This document shows, in pieces, positions 1 to 8,741 of a stretch of DNA of 26,098 bases; position 1 is the first letter of the stretch, and each line of letters opens with the position of its first letter. The notes below the pieces were generated by a model, which was not told the origin of the DNA, searched no databases, and saw nothing but the letters and a program-made list of their open reading frames with translations. This DNA comes from Candidatus Hermodarchaeota archaeon (lineage in GTDB: Archaea; Asgardarchaeota; Lokiarchaeia; Sigyniarchaeales; SOKP01). The position numbers were made by a program, and so were the translations under genes. The DNA lies in the NCBI GenBank assembly GCA_048885535.1, contig JBHLLO010000039.1:1-26098 (forward strand). Direction: 5' to 3'.

Positions 1-870
1 TTAAAAGCAAAAGAGTTGCTGAATCAGGGAATTATTGGAGAACTCTTAAATTTTCGAATAAATACTATTGTAACTGGTGGTCCTGGGATTACTATTTATA
101 CAAGGGGTTTATCATCACTAGTTTGGAGAATTAAAGTGGAAACTTGTGGAGGTGGTCCCTATATTTATGATGATGGAATACATAAATTTTCAATGGCACT
201 TTGGTTAATGGGAGAATCCCATGTAGAGAAGGTTTATAGCTGGATAGACTATTTTACAGGAGTCTGGGATATTCCAAGTTATATTTTTTGGAAATATCCT
301 GATAAAAATTCAAATAAGCCTTCAAAATATGGTTCAATGCAGTTCACATTAGCTCAAAATGTGTATTATCCTAGTAATTATTATGATTGTGACGAATATA
401 TTGAAATTTCGGGAACTAAAGGTATAATGTGGTTGAATCAGTGCACTTCAGGAGGAAATTTTGTTTCTAAAAGTCCACAGTTTCCACCTATAATTGTATA
501 TGTGAATGGAGAGGTGAAATCATTTGGAAAGAATTTACCGAGAGACTGGAGATATTCATTTATTAATTCCACTGAACATTTTATTAACATCGTTAAAGAT
601 GGAGGAACTCCCATTTATACGGGTGAGGAAGGAAAAAATTTATGTATTTTTGCTAAAATGCCCTATATATCCCAACAGCAAAAGCGCCCAATTTACTGGG
701 AGGAAATCAATGCAGAAAATGAGCAAAATAGGAATTGTATTGTAGAACAACCTGAAAATCGAGATTTTAGTGGTTTAGCAAGATATAACAGAATGAAAAA
801 AAGAGATTTACGTAAGGCTGCGAGAAATGGTTTGAAGCATCAACAATTCAGACATGAATACGAGGATTAA
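1..870 (+). CDS. Gfo/Idh/MocA family oxidoreductase, C-terminal part (5' end outside the window)
   Basis: The frame is open from base 1 (LKAKELLNQGIIGE...). It aligns by eye with the middle of the convergent paralog (MKAKELLDQDYIGD). DDGIH motif present. The N-terminal Rossmann domain must lie upstream of the window. Confidence 0.85.
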   Translation, partial: LKAKELLNQGIIGELLNFRINTIVTGGPGITIYTRGLSSLVWRIKVETCGGGPYIYDDGIHKFSMALWLMGESHVEKVYSWIDYFTGVWDIPSYIFWKYPDKNSNKPSKYGSMQFTLAQNVYYPSNYYDCDEYIEISGTKGIMWLNQCTSGGNFVSKSPQFPPIIVYVNGEVKSFGKNLPRDWRYSFINSTEHFINIVKDGGTPIYTGEEGKNLCIFAKMPYISQQQKRPIYWEEINAENEQNRNCIVEQPENRDFSGLARYNRMKKRDLRKAARNGLKHQQFRHEYED

Positions 871-1970
871 AACTCATTAAGTGAAACTTCTTTTCCTAAT
901 GCTGATGATTTGATAGCAGCTAAGTTAAATTTCAAAATTTTTTTTGCATATTCTCCAGATAAAATTGGTTCGATATTACCCTTTACAGCTTCAATAAAAT
1001 GGTTAGTTGCATTAATGAAACTAAATTTCCAATCATTCTCAAAATCCCTATAAATTTCTACTTTACCATCTCTTATTATCACAATTGGAGTAAAAATTTC
1101 TGATTCTGTCATGGTATTCCCAATTGAAGTTCCTTGATTTATCCTCATTATTCCTCGACTTGCTATAATCTCTATAAATTCATCTGTTGGGTAATATTTC
1201 GACGGTAATAGCATTTCTGGCAATAATGTAAATTCCATATGCCCATACTGAGGGACTAAGTGTTCTTTACCCTGTTTATATTTAAACATTACATAAGCAG
1301 GAGTATCCATACCTTTAAAATCACCCGTCCAAGCAAATACTTTGTCAATTTCTTCATTAAAAAACCATGATGCTAATACAAAATCATGCCATCCATTATC
1401 AAATAAAACTGGTGAACCGCTCTTTAGCCCTCCGATTTTTTTTGGATCTTTTCTCCAATCTTCTGCGCTTTTCAAGATAGTCCAACCGCCTTTACCTGCC
1501 ATAACAGTTTTAATTCGAATTGATGATGGATCTCCAATGTAATCTTGGTCTAATAATTCTTTAGCCTTCATAATATGAGGGGCAAAAATAAAATTTTCAT
1601 AGATTGATAATAACGACCCAGATTCTTTACAAGCATTAATCATTGAATTTGCTTCACCCAAATTTAATGCCATTGGCTTCTGTACAGAAAGACCTTTAAC
1701 GCCACTCTCTGCGGCTGAGATCGTAGCTTGAGCATGCAAATGGTGAGGAAGTAGTATCTCTACGATATCTAACTCCTCCTTCTTTAACATTTCTTTATAA
1801 TCAGAATATATTGAAATATCGTTATTCAAATCAAATTTATTTATTTTTTCTTTTGCCTTTTGAATTGTTCTATTACATAATGAAACGATTTTTACCTCAT
1901 CATTATTTAGATATCCAAGAACATTCAAATCAAAAATTACACCAGTACCTATAAAACCAACTCTAAGCAT
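867..1970 (-). CDS. Gfo/Idh/MocA family NAD(P)-dependent oxidoreductase
   Basis: VGFIGTGVI Rossmann motif, LDIVEILLPHHLHA, QKPMA (EKP-equivalent), DNGWH. The ATG at 1970 is preferred to the TTG at 1979. Confidence 0.9.
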   Translation of the reverse strand: MLRVGFIGTGVIFDLNVLGYLNNDEVKIVSLCNRTIQKAKEKINKFDLNNDISIYSDYKEMLKKEELDIVEILLPHHLHAQATISAAESGVKGLSVQKPMALNLGEANSMINACKESGSLLSIYENFIFAPHIMKAKELLDQDYIGDPSSIRIKTVMAGKGGWTILKSAEDWRKDPKKIGGLKSGSPVLFDNGWHDFVLASWFFNEEIDKVFAWTGDFKGMDTPAYVMFKYKQGKEHLVPQYGHMEFTLLPEMLLPSKYYPTDEFIEIIASRGIMRINQGTSIGNTMTESEIFTPIVIIRDGKVEIYRDFENDWKFSFINATNHFIEAVKGNIEPILSGEYAKKILKFNLAAIKSSALGKEVSLNEF

Positions 1971-2012
1971 GACTTTCAAAAGTATTTGATTAAATTTATA
2001 TCAATCTATAAT

Positions 2013-2025
2013 TGTAATTATTACA
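2013..2025. promoter_or_regulatory. Perfect inverted repeat TGTAAT-T-ATTACA in a divergent promoter region (possible operator)
   Basis: Seen directly between the divergent oxidoreductase and ilvD-like genes. The context is AT-rich, so chance is possible. Confidence 0.3.
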
Positions 2026-2085
2026 TTTATCTATATATTGAATGAATAATGAATTTTAAAATTAAAGTCTTTAAATGGGAACTTT

Positions 2086-3753
2086 ATGATGAAATATAGC
2101 AAAGAATTAAACCCAAATAAAGCATATGAGCGAGCTTTATATTTAGGGTGTGGTTATTCTTACGAAGATTTAGCAAAAGCTAAAATAGCAGTTGTTAATT
2201 CCTGGAATGAGTTAAATCCGGGTCATATTCATTTAAGAAAACTAGCTGAAATAGTAAAAATAGGAATTAAAGAAAAAGGTGGGACCCCTATGGAGTTCAA
2301 TACGATTGCAATCTGTGATGGAATCGCAAACTCAGGGGGTTTTTCAAAATATGTTTTACCTACAAGAGATATAATTGCAGCCTCAATTGAATGTACTTTA
2401 AAAGCCTATGGATTCGATGGGATGGTAATGTTATGTTCTTGCGATAAAATTATACCAGGAATGCTTCTAGCTGCCGCAAGATGCAACTTACCTACAATAT
2501 TTTTAACTGGGGGGATAATGGAACCAAAATATTTCAAAGATGGTCCTTTAAAAGGAAAAACTTTTGTTACGTCCGATATAAAAGAAGCTATAGGTAAATA
2601 TAAAGTGGGCGATCTTAATAAAGAACAATTTTACCTTATAGAATCTCAAACTTGTTGTTCCCCAGGAGCATGCAATATGATGGGTACTGCGAATACAATG
2701 GCGTGTATAGTTGAAGCTATGGGACTTTCATTACCAGGTTGTGCGACTTTAAGCGCAATTGGAAATGAACGTGAAAATTTATGTAAAGAAACTGGTGAGA
2801 GAATCATGCAGTTGGTTGAAAAAGAAATAAAGGCATTAGATTTAATAAATGAATCATCAATAGAAAATGCATGTAAAGTCGCTCTTTCATTTGGTGGTTC
2901 TACTAATATGGTTTTACATATGTGCGCTTTATCTCAAGAAATTGGTGGTAGCTTAAATCATTGCGACTTTGATAGTTTAAATAAATCTGTTCCATTATTA
3001 GCAAAGTTTAAGCCCGCTTCAGAATATACTCTTACGGAGTTCCATGAAGCAGGTGGTGTAAAGGTTTTAATGAAAAAATTATCAAAATATTTGGATTTAT
3101 CAGTTAAAAATGTATTAGGACTTACTTTGAAGGACTTCCTTAGTAAAGTAGAGTACATAGATTATCAAGTTATCCGAAATCCAGAGGATCCAATTGAGGT
3201 TGAAGGTGGAATTGCTATCTTAAGGGGAAATCTAGCACCGGAGGGAGCTGTAATAAAAAGTAGTGCTGTTAACCCAAAAATGCAATATCATAAAGGGTTT
3301 GCCAAGGTTTTTGAAAATGAAGAAGATGTTAAAGAAGCTTTCTTAAATAATAAAATCGAAGGTGGTGACGTTTTGGTAATAAGATATGAAGGTCCCAAAG
3401 GTTCCCCTGGTATGCGAGAATTATCCTTACCAGCAGCAATGTTAATTGGCATGGGATTTGCTGATTCAGTTGCTATGATTACTGATGGCCGTTTCTCAGG
3501 AGCTACAAGGGGACCTTGTATAGGTCATGTGTGTCCTGAAGCTTATGAAGGTGGTCCAATTGCAGTTGTTAATGATGGAGATCTTATTGAAATTGATATT
3601 AAAAATCGAAGGTTAAGTTTGTTGATTTCTAATGAAGAACTCTCTAATAGAATGAAAGATTGGAAAAGACCCCTCCCAAAAATTCAAACAGGTTTCCTAA
3701 ATATATATAGAAAAATCGTAAGTTCTGCCAAATATGGAGCTTACTTAAAATAA
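2086..3753 (+). CDS. ilvD: Dihydroxy-acid dehydratase (IlvD/Edd family, Fe-S)
   Basis: [72 protein letters not shown]. Confidence 0.9.
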   Translation: MMKYSKELNPNKAYERALYLGCGYSYEDLAKAKIAVVNSWNELNPGHIHLRKLAEIVKIGIKEKGGTPMEFNTIAICDGIANSGGFSKYVLPTRDIIAASIECTLKAYGFDGMVMLCSCDKIIPGMLLAAARCNLPTIFLTGGIMEPKYFKDGPLKGKTFVTSDIKEAIGKYKVGDLNKEQFYLIESQTCCSPGACNMMGTANTMACIVEAMGLSLPGCATLSAIGNERENLCKETGERIMQLVEKEIKALDLINESSIENACKVALSFGGSTNMVLHMCALSQEIGGSLNHCDFDSLNKSVPLLAKFKPASEYTLTEFHEAGGVKVLMKKLSKYLDLSVKNVLGLTLKDFLSKVEYIDYQVIRNPEDPIEVEGGIAILRGNLAPEGAVIKSSAVNPKMQYHKGFAKVFENEEDVKEAFLNNKIEGGDVLVIRYEGPKGSPGMRELSLPAAMLIGMGFADSVAMITDGRFSGATRGPCIGHVCPEAYEGGPIAVVNDGDLIEIDIKNRRLSLLISNEELSNRMKDWKRPLPKIQTGFLNIYRKIVSSAKYGAYLK

Positions 3754-3887
3754 ATTCAAAAAAGTAAACAAAAAACTCATTATTTCTTAGATTATCTAGT
3801 ATGAGAATATTAAAAGATTATGCCACAAATTTTAATACTTCTTAAGGTTTAGTGAATTCAGAGGTAATTATTTTTTAGTATTAAAAT

Positions 3888-5423
3888 TTGACAGAATTTA
3901 ATGAAAAGGAATTAGGAGCAGTTATTACTCCTCAAGAGACAGCAAAATATATTGTGTCAAAATTAGGTAAAATTGAGCTAAATCAAAAGATTTTAGATCC
4001 TTGTGTTGGTCCTGGAATCTTTATCAAAACACTATTAAGTTTAGGAGTTAAAAAAAATCAGATTTATGCTTATGATATTAATCCCATCTATAAAGGAAGT
4101 ATTGAAAAATTGGGAGTCAATTTTTCAATACGGGATGCATTAATGTTAATTGATACTGATTCATTTAATGAGTTTGATTTTATAATCGGTAATCCTCCTT
4201 ACCTAAATAAATCAAGTTCTTATGTGAGAAAGAATAGGTCAAAATTAAAGCAAATTTATGGTCATATCAGCACTCACGAGACATATTCTATGTTTATTGT
4301 GAATAGTATTTGGAGATTAAAAGAAGGTGGTAAATTAGGCTTTATTACTAGTGATTCATTCTTGACTTTAATAACACATAAGAAACTTAGAAAATTCTTA
4401 CTTGAAAATACAATATTAAATGAAATCATATTACCTCCTAAAGATTTGTTTTCTAATCAGGGAGTAAGTACTAGCCCTGTTATTGTTGTATTAACCAAAT
4501 GTACAGGAAAACATAATAGTGCCAAAAGAGAAAAAAATGTAGTAAAAGTTATTACACGTCTTAAAAGTGAGGTGGAGTATTGGAACCCTCCACTGAATTT
4601 TGAAGTGAAACAAAAGAGCTATCACTCCTTACCTTTCAATATATTTTACATTGATATAGAACCTCAAATAATCAAGATGTTTGAAAAATCAGCTAAATTA
4701 AAAGATTTTATTGTGGGGTATATTGGAATGCATACTCATAACAACAAAAAGTTTATTGCAGCTATTAAAGGTACTAAATTAGCTGAGATGTTTGAAAAGA
4801 GAAATCAAAAGATTCAAAACTTGGAAAAAAAATATAAAATCATCTCCAGAAATGAACTAGAAAAAAATTGGAAGCCATATTTGAAGCGTGGAGGAGCTGA
4901 CCAATATTTCAGACCAATTATTGAAGCAATCGTGTGGGATAAAGAATCTATATCATTTTATGATATCCCTAAAAATGTGCCTTTTCAACAAGAAGGAATC
5001 GTTATAAGTGGAGTAAGTTCAAGATTAGCAGCACGCTATATGCCTAGTGGATGTTATTGGGATTCAAATAAAGCTATCGGTTTTATTGTTAAAGATAAGT
5101 CTTTTTCTATAAACTATTTCCTAGGACTGTTGAATAGTTCACTGTATAATTATCTTGCTAAAGGGATTATTAATAACACAAATAGCATACAAATTTCTGG
5201 GATCCATACATTACCGATTATCCCACCAGATGAACATACAAAGAATTCTATTGAAATAGTCGTAAATAATATAATTGAAAATAAGAAAAGTAATTTAGAA
5301 TATGATTACCGATCCGAACAAAAAGAAATTGATGATCTTATTTATGAGTTTTATGATACTAAATTTTTCTTTCCTAGAAGCTTAAAAAAGAAATTAAAGG
5401 AGAGTTTTTCAGCTTATTCTTAA
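3888..5423 (+). CDS. N6-adenine DNA methyltransferase, gamma class (TaqI/Eco57I-like), with C-terminal target recognition domain
   Basis: Motif X-like GAVITP, motif I ILDPCVGPGIF, motif IV IIGNPPY, LKEGGKLGFITSDSFL, and TRD-end motifs YFLGLLNS and LPII. TTG start. Confidence 0.88.
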   Translation: MTEFNEKELGAVITPQETAKYIVSKLGKIELNQKILDPCVGPGIFIKTLLSLGVKKNQIYAYDINPIYKGSIEKLGVNFSIRDALMLIDTDSFNEFDFIIGNPPYLNKSSSYVRKNRSKLKQIYGHISTHETYSMFIVNSIWRLKEGGKLGFITSDSFLTLITHKKLRKFLLENTILNEIILPPKDLFSNQGVSTSPVIVVLTKCTGKHNSAKREKNVVKVITRLKSEVEYWNPPLNFEVKQKSYHSLPFNIFYIDIEPQIIKMFEKSAKLKDFIVGYIGMHTHNNKKFIAAIKGTKLAEMFEKRNQKIQNLEKKYKIISRNELEKNWKPYLKRGGADQYFRPIIEAIVWDKESISFYDIPKNVPFQQEGIVISGVSSRLAARYMPSGCYWDSNKAIGFIVKDKSFSINYFLGLLNSSLYNYLAKGIINNTNSIQISGIHTLPIIPPDEHTKNSIEIVVNNIIENKKSNLEYDYRSEQKEIDDLIYEFYDTKFFFPRSLKKKLKESFSAYS

Positions 5424-5444
5424 GCCTTATACATGAAATTCTTT

Positions 5445-6731
5445 TTACCAAAAAAGATATTTTTTTAACTCCCAACTTTTTTCATTCCCATTTTTTTTGG
5501 CTTTTTCATATTCATCGAGTTCCTTCTCCTTGATTTCTAAGAATATCTTTACGAATTCTTTTCCCAATACCTTTTTGATCAACTGATTTTTCTCAAATGC
5601 AACTAATGATTGATCTAAGCTACGTGGAAGTTGCTTGATTCCCAAAATATCTCGTTTTTCCTTGTTTAAACTATCAATATTTTCTTTAATTGGACTATTT
5701 GGCTCTATTTTGTTTTTAATTCCGTCTAAACCAGAAGCCATTAATAGAGCTGTTCCAAGATATATATTCATCGCAGCATCTCCTGCACGATATTCAACTC
5801 TCGCTGACTTTTCATATCCAGGTATTCGAATCAATGCAGTTCTATTGCCTATTCCCCATGTATTATATACAGGAGCTTCATGGTTAGGTATGAGTCTTTT
5901 ATATGAATTAGTAATAGGATTTAAAATAGCTGAGATGGCATCTACATGTTTTTGTATACCTCCAACATAATATCTAAGGAGACTACTAACTCCTTGTTCT
6001 TTATCAGCAAAAATATTTCTCCCTTCTTGAGTAAGATATTGGTGTATATGTAATCCATTTCCGGCTTCTAATGGAAAAGGTTTAGGAATAAAAGTAGCAA
6101 TTAGATCTTCATAAAAAGATTCAGTTTTAATAATTACTTTTGCTGTCTGAACGTTATCTGCTTGATATAGAGCATTAGATGATAAAAATTCGATTTCATG
6201 CTGCCCAGGAGCTACTTCATGATGAATAGTTTTTATTCCAATTCCCATTTCAAGCATATCATCTGTAATTTGACGTCTTAATTCATGAAGACTATCTAAA
6301 GGAGACATATCCATATATGTTCCATTATCAGCAGGTAGTAGATCGTTTGTCAAGAAATACCATTCTAATTCAGGTCTCATCAAAAATTCGTATCCTAAAG
6401 ACTTTACTACCTCAAGTTGTTTCTTTAATATACTTCGGGGACACATAGAATAAGCAATACCTTTATAATCTGTAATATCACAAATAAATCTTCCGATTCT
6501 CGCGTTCCAAGGAATGATACTGAATGTTTTTAAATCTGGAACAATCTGCATATCACTTTGTTCAGTCTTTAAAAAGCCTATACTTGACCCATCAATACCT
6601 GTGCCTTCTTTCATTTCATCCCATATATTCACAGGAAATTCAACTTCCTTAAATTCTCCAAGTAAAGTTGTAAATTGAAACTGAATATAATCTATGCCCT
6701 TTTCTTCAAAAATCTTCGAAAAATCTTTCAT
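5445..6731 (-). CDS. glnA: Glutamine synthetase, type I family
   Basis: DGSSI, SDM, PELEW, HHEVAPGQHEI, PKPF..AGNGLHIH, NSYKRLIPNHEAP, NRTALIRIP, RVEYR. Confidence 0.88.
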   Translation of the reverse strand: MKDFSKIFEEKGIDYIQFQFTTLLGEFKEVEFPVNIWDEMKEGTGIDGSSIGFLKTEQSDMQIVPDLKTFSIIPWNARIGRFICDITDYKGIAYSMCPRSILKKQLEVVKSLGYEFLMRPELEWYFLTNDLLPADNGTYMDMSPLDSLHELRRQITDDMLEMGIGIKTIHHEVAPGQHEIEFLSSNALYQADNVQTAKVIIKTESFYEDLIATFIPKPFPLEAGNGLHIHQYLTQEGRNIFADKEQGVSSLLRYYVGGIQKHVDAISAILNPITNSYKRLIPNHEAPVYNTWGIGNRTALIRIPGYEKSARVEYRAGDAAMNIYLGTALLMASGLDGIKNKIEPNSPIKENIDSLNKEKRDILGIKQLPRSLDQSLVAFEKNQLIKKVLGKEFVKIFLEIKEKELDEYEKAKKNGNEKSWELKKYLFW

Positions 6732-6780
6732 AATAACTAATTAAAAATGATAAGTGTAAGATGTTAAAAGAAATGTTAGA

Positions 6781-8598
6781 TTAAAGTTTTTCCCCTTTAA
6801 TTTCCTCTTCATATGTCTTTCTGCGATCTTTCAAATAAGTTGGAATCGATACATCCCACCATCCAATGGCGGGAGATCCAGTATAAGGATATTCTTGCTG
6901 AACTTCAACTTCTATTACTGCTGGTTTATTTGATTTTTTAGCTCGCTCTAAAGCTGGAATAATTTCATTTTTTTTGGAAATCTTTTCTGAATAACAACCA
7001 AATGCCTCACCTATTTTTGCAAAGTCGGGACTATAACTATTGCCTTCGTTATTTTCAAAAGCAGTGCCATAACCACGTTCCTCTCCAAAAGCGGCTTGTT
7101 GTAAATCTTTTATAGCTATCCAACCATGATTATTTAAAACAATGAAGAATATATTTGTTAGACCTAATTGTACAGCAACTGATAGTTCTGAAATTGTCAT
7201 CATGAAATCACCATCTCCTACTAACGCAACAACTTGTCTATCAGGTTTTCCAATATCAATTAATCCTAATTTGGCGCCTATCGCAGCTGGAACACTATAT
7301 CCCATGGTTGAGAATCCACCTGCAGTTAAGCAAGTTTTTGGTTCGTAAAATTCTAATTCTTGGAGCATCTGGGCTTGAACATTACCAGAGCTCGTTACTA
7401 TAACCGCATTTCTATCAAAAAATTTCCTAACTTCTTGTAAAACAGTTGATATCATAACGGGAACTTTAGAATCGTCACGATGTTGATTTAAAAATTCAAT
7501 CCATTTTTTTTTCTCCTCTTGTATTTCTTTATAATAAGCTGTAGATTGGTAATCTTTCTGAAAATCTCTTAATTCATCAATAATCTGGTTTAAGCATATT
7601 TTTGCATCACCAATAATTCCTACTGTTACAGGATAATTTTTGCCGATTTCATGAGGATCCAAATCAATTTGAAGTAATTTTGTAGGGGGAATTGAAAAAC
7701 TCACACCCTCTTTATAGGAACTTGCTGTTTCATCTGCAAATCTACATCCTACAGCAAGAATGACATCAGCAGTAGAAGTCATCTTTAACCCAACAGTCGT
7801 TCCTTTCGAACCGGCTGACCAACAATAAAGCGGATTAGTATTATCTATAATATCTTTCCCCATCATAGTGACCACTACAGCAGCCCCTAGTTTTTCAGCT
7901 AATTTTTTAACTTCCTCGCTAGTATTTGAAGCAATAGCTCCCCCACCTATAAACAGTACTGGTCTTTTGGCAGATTTAAGTAATATTGAAGCTTCCTTGA
8001 TTAATTCAGGATCTGCTACAAATTTTCCTTTGTATCTTCTCTCTGCGGGTTCTGGAATTTCTACGTCTATACTGTTTGCTTGAACATCCATAGGAAGATC
8101 AATGTGAACAGGTCCTTTTCTTCCTGTTAGCATAATATTGAAGGCTCTCTGCATGATTGTGGGTAATTGACTGACTGTATCAACCTCGAAACTACGCTTT
8201 ACAATTGGTTCAAGAATTTGGGGCATACTTGAATCTTTTTTTCGTTCTATTTCTTGTAAAACACCCTTACCTCTCATATGTACATGTGTATCTCCTGTGA
8301 TTATAAGACAGGGGAATGAATCTACAAAAGCATCAGCGACACCAATCGCAGTATTAATTGCTCCAGGTCCTATCGAGGTAAATACAACTAATGGTTTTCC
8401 TGTTATTCTGTAATATCCTACAGCCATATGTACACCAGACATTTCCTGTTTAGGTTGAATCAATTTCAATCGACTCTTGTCCTTAAAAAATGCATCTACT
8501 AAGGCTAAACATCCATGTCCGGGAATCCCAATAACATAGTTTACTCCTTCTTTTATAAGGTATTTAGCTATGATTTCTCCTCCAGTATATTCTGGCAT
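6781..8598 (-). CDS. Thiamine diphosphate-dependent enzyme (acetolactate synthase large subunit / IolD-like superfamily)
   Basis: GIPGHG, catalytic Glu in PKQEM, TSIGPGAIN, GPVHIDLPMDVQ, and the ThDP motif GDGDFMM...VLNN. Confidence 0.88.
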   Translation of the reverse strand: MPEYTGGEIIAKYLIKEGVNYVIGIPGHGCLALVDAFFKDKSRLKLIQPKQEMSGVHMAVGYYRITGKPLVVFTSIGPGAINTAIGVADAFVDSFPCLIITGDTHVHMRGKGVLQEIERKKDSSMPQILEPIVKRSFEVDTVSQLPTIMQRAFNIMLTGRKGPVHIDLPMDVQANSIDVEIPEPAERRYKGKFVADPELIKEASILLKSAKRPVLFIGGGAIASNTSEEVKKLAEKLGAAVVVTMMGKDIIDNTNPLYCWSAGSKGTTVGLKMTSTADVILAVGCRFADETASSYKEGVSFSIPPTKLLQIDLDPHEIGKNYPVTVGIIGDAKICLNQIIDELRDFQKDYQSTAYYKEIQEEKKKWIEFLNQHRDDSKVPVMISTVLQEVRKFFDRNAVIVTSSGNVQAQMLQELEFYEPKTCLTAGGFSTMGYSVPAAIGAKLGLIDIGKPDRQVVALVGDGDFMMTISELSVAVQLGLTNIFFIVLNNHGWIAIKDLQQAAFGEERGYGTAFENNEGNSYSPDFAKIGEAFGCYSEKISKKNEIIPALERAKKSNKPAVIEVEVQQEYPYTGSPAIGWWDVSIPTYLKDRRKTYEEEIKGEKL

Positions 8599-8668
8599 CT
8601 TTTCAGCAACTAAGTAGTTATTTTTGAATCAATAGTATTATGAATATAATAGTAAAATTAAATTTTTT

Positions 8669-8692
8669 TTATTGACTTTTAAAATTCAATAA
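8669..8692. promoter_or_regulatory. 24-bp near-perfect palindrome TTATTGA-C-TTTTAAAA-T-TCAATAA (candidate operator)
   Basis: 11 of 12 symmetric pairs match. It lies in the divergent intergenic region just upstream of a TATA-like TTTATAAG (8703-8710) preceding the radical SAM gene. Confidence 0.45.
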
Positions 8693-8741
8693 TCCCCTCC
8701 AGTTTATAAGTTGACCAATAAAATATTAAAATATATCTATA

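Noticed and set aside
870-890. C-terminal VSLNEF of the oxidoreductase as a PIP box
   Set aside because: It lacks the Gln and the second aromatic, is a typical ending for this enzyme family, and has no DNA-related context.
3888-5423. Methyltransferase as part of a BREX, DISARM or complete R-M system
   Set aside because: No pglZ, brxC, drm or nuclease genes are adjacent, and the protein is much shorter than PglX.
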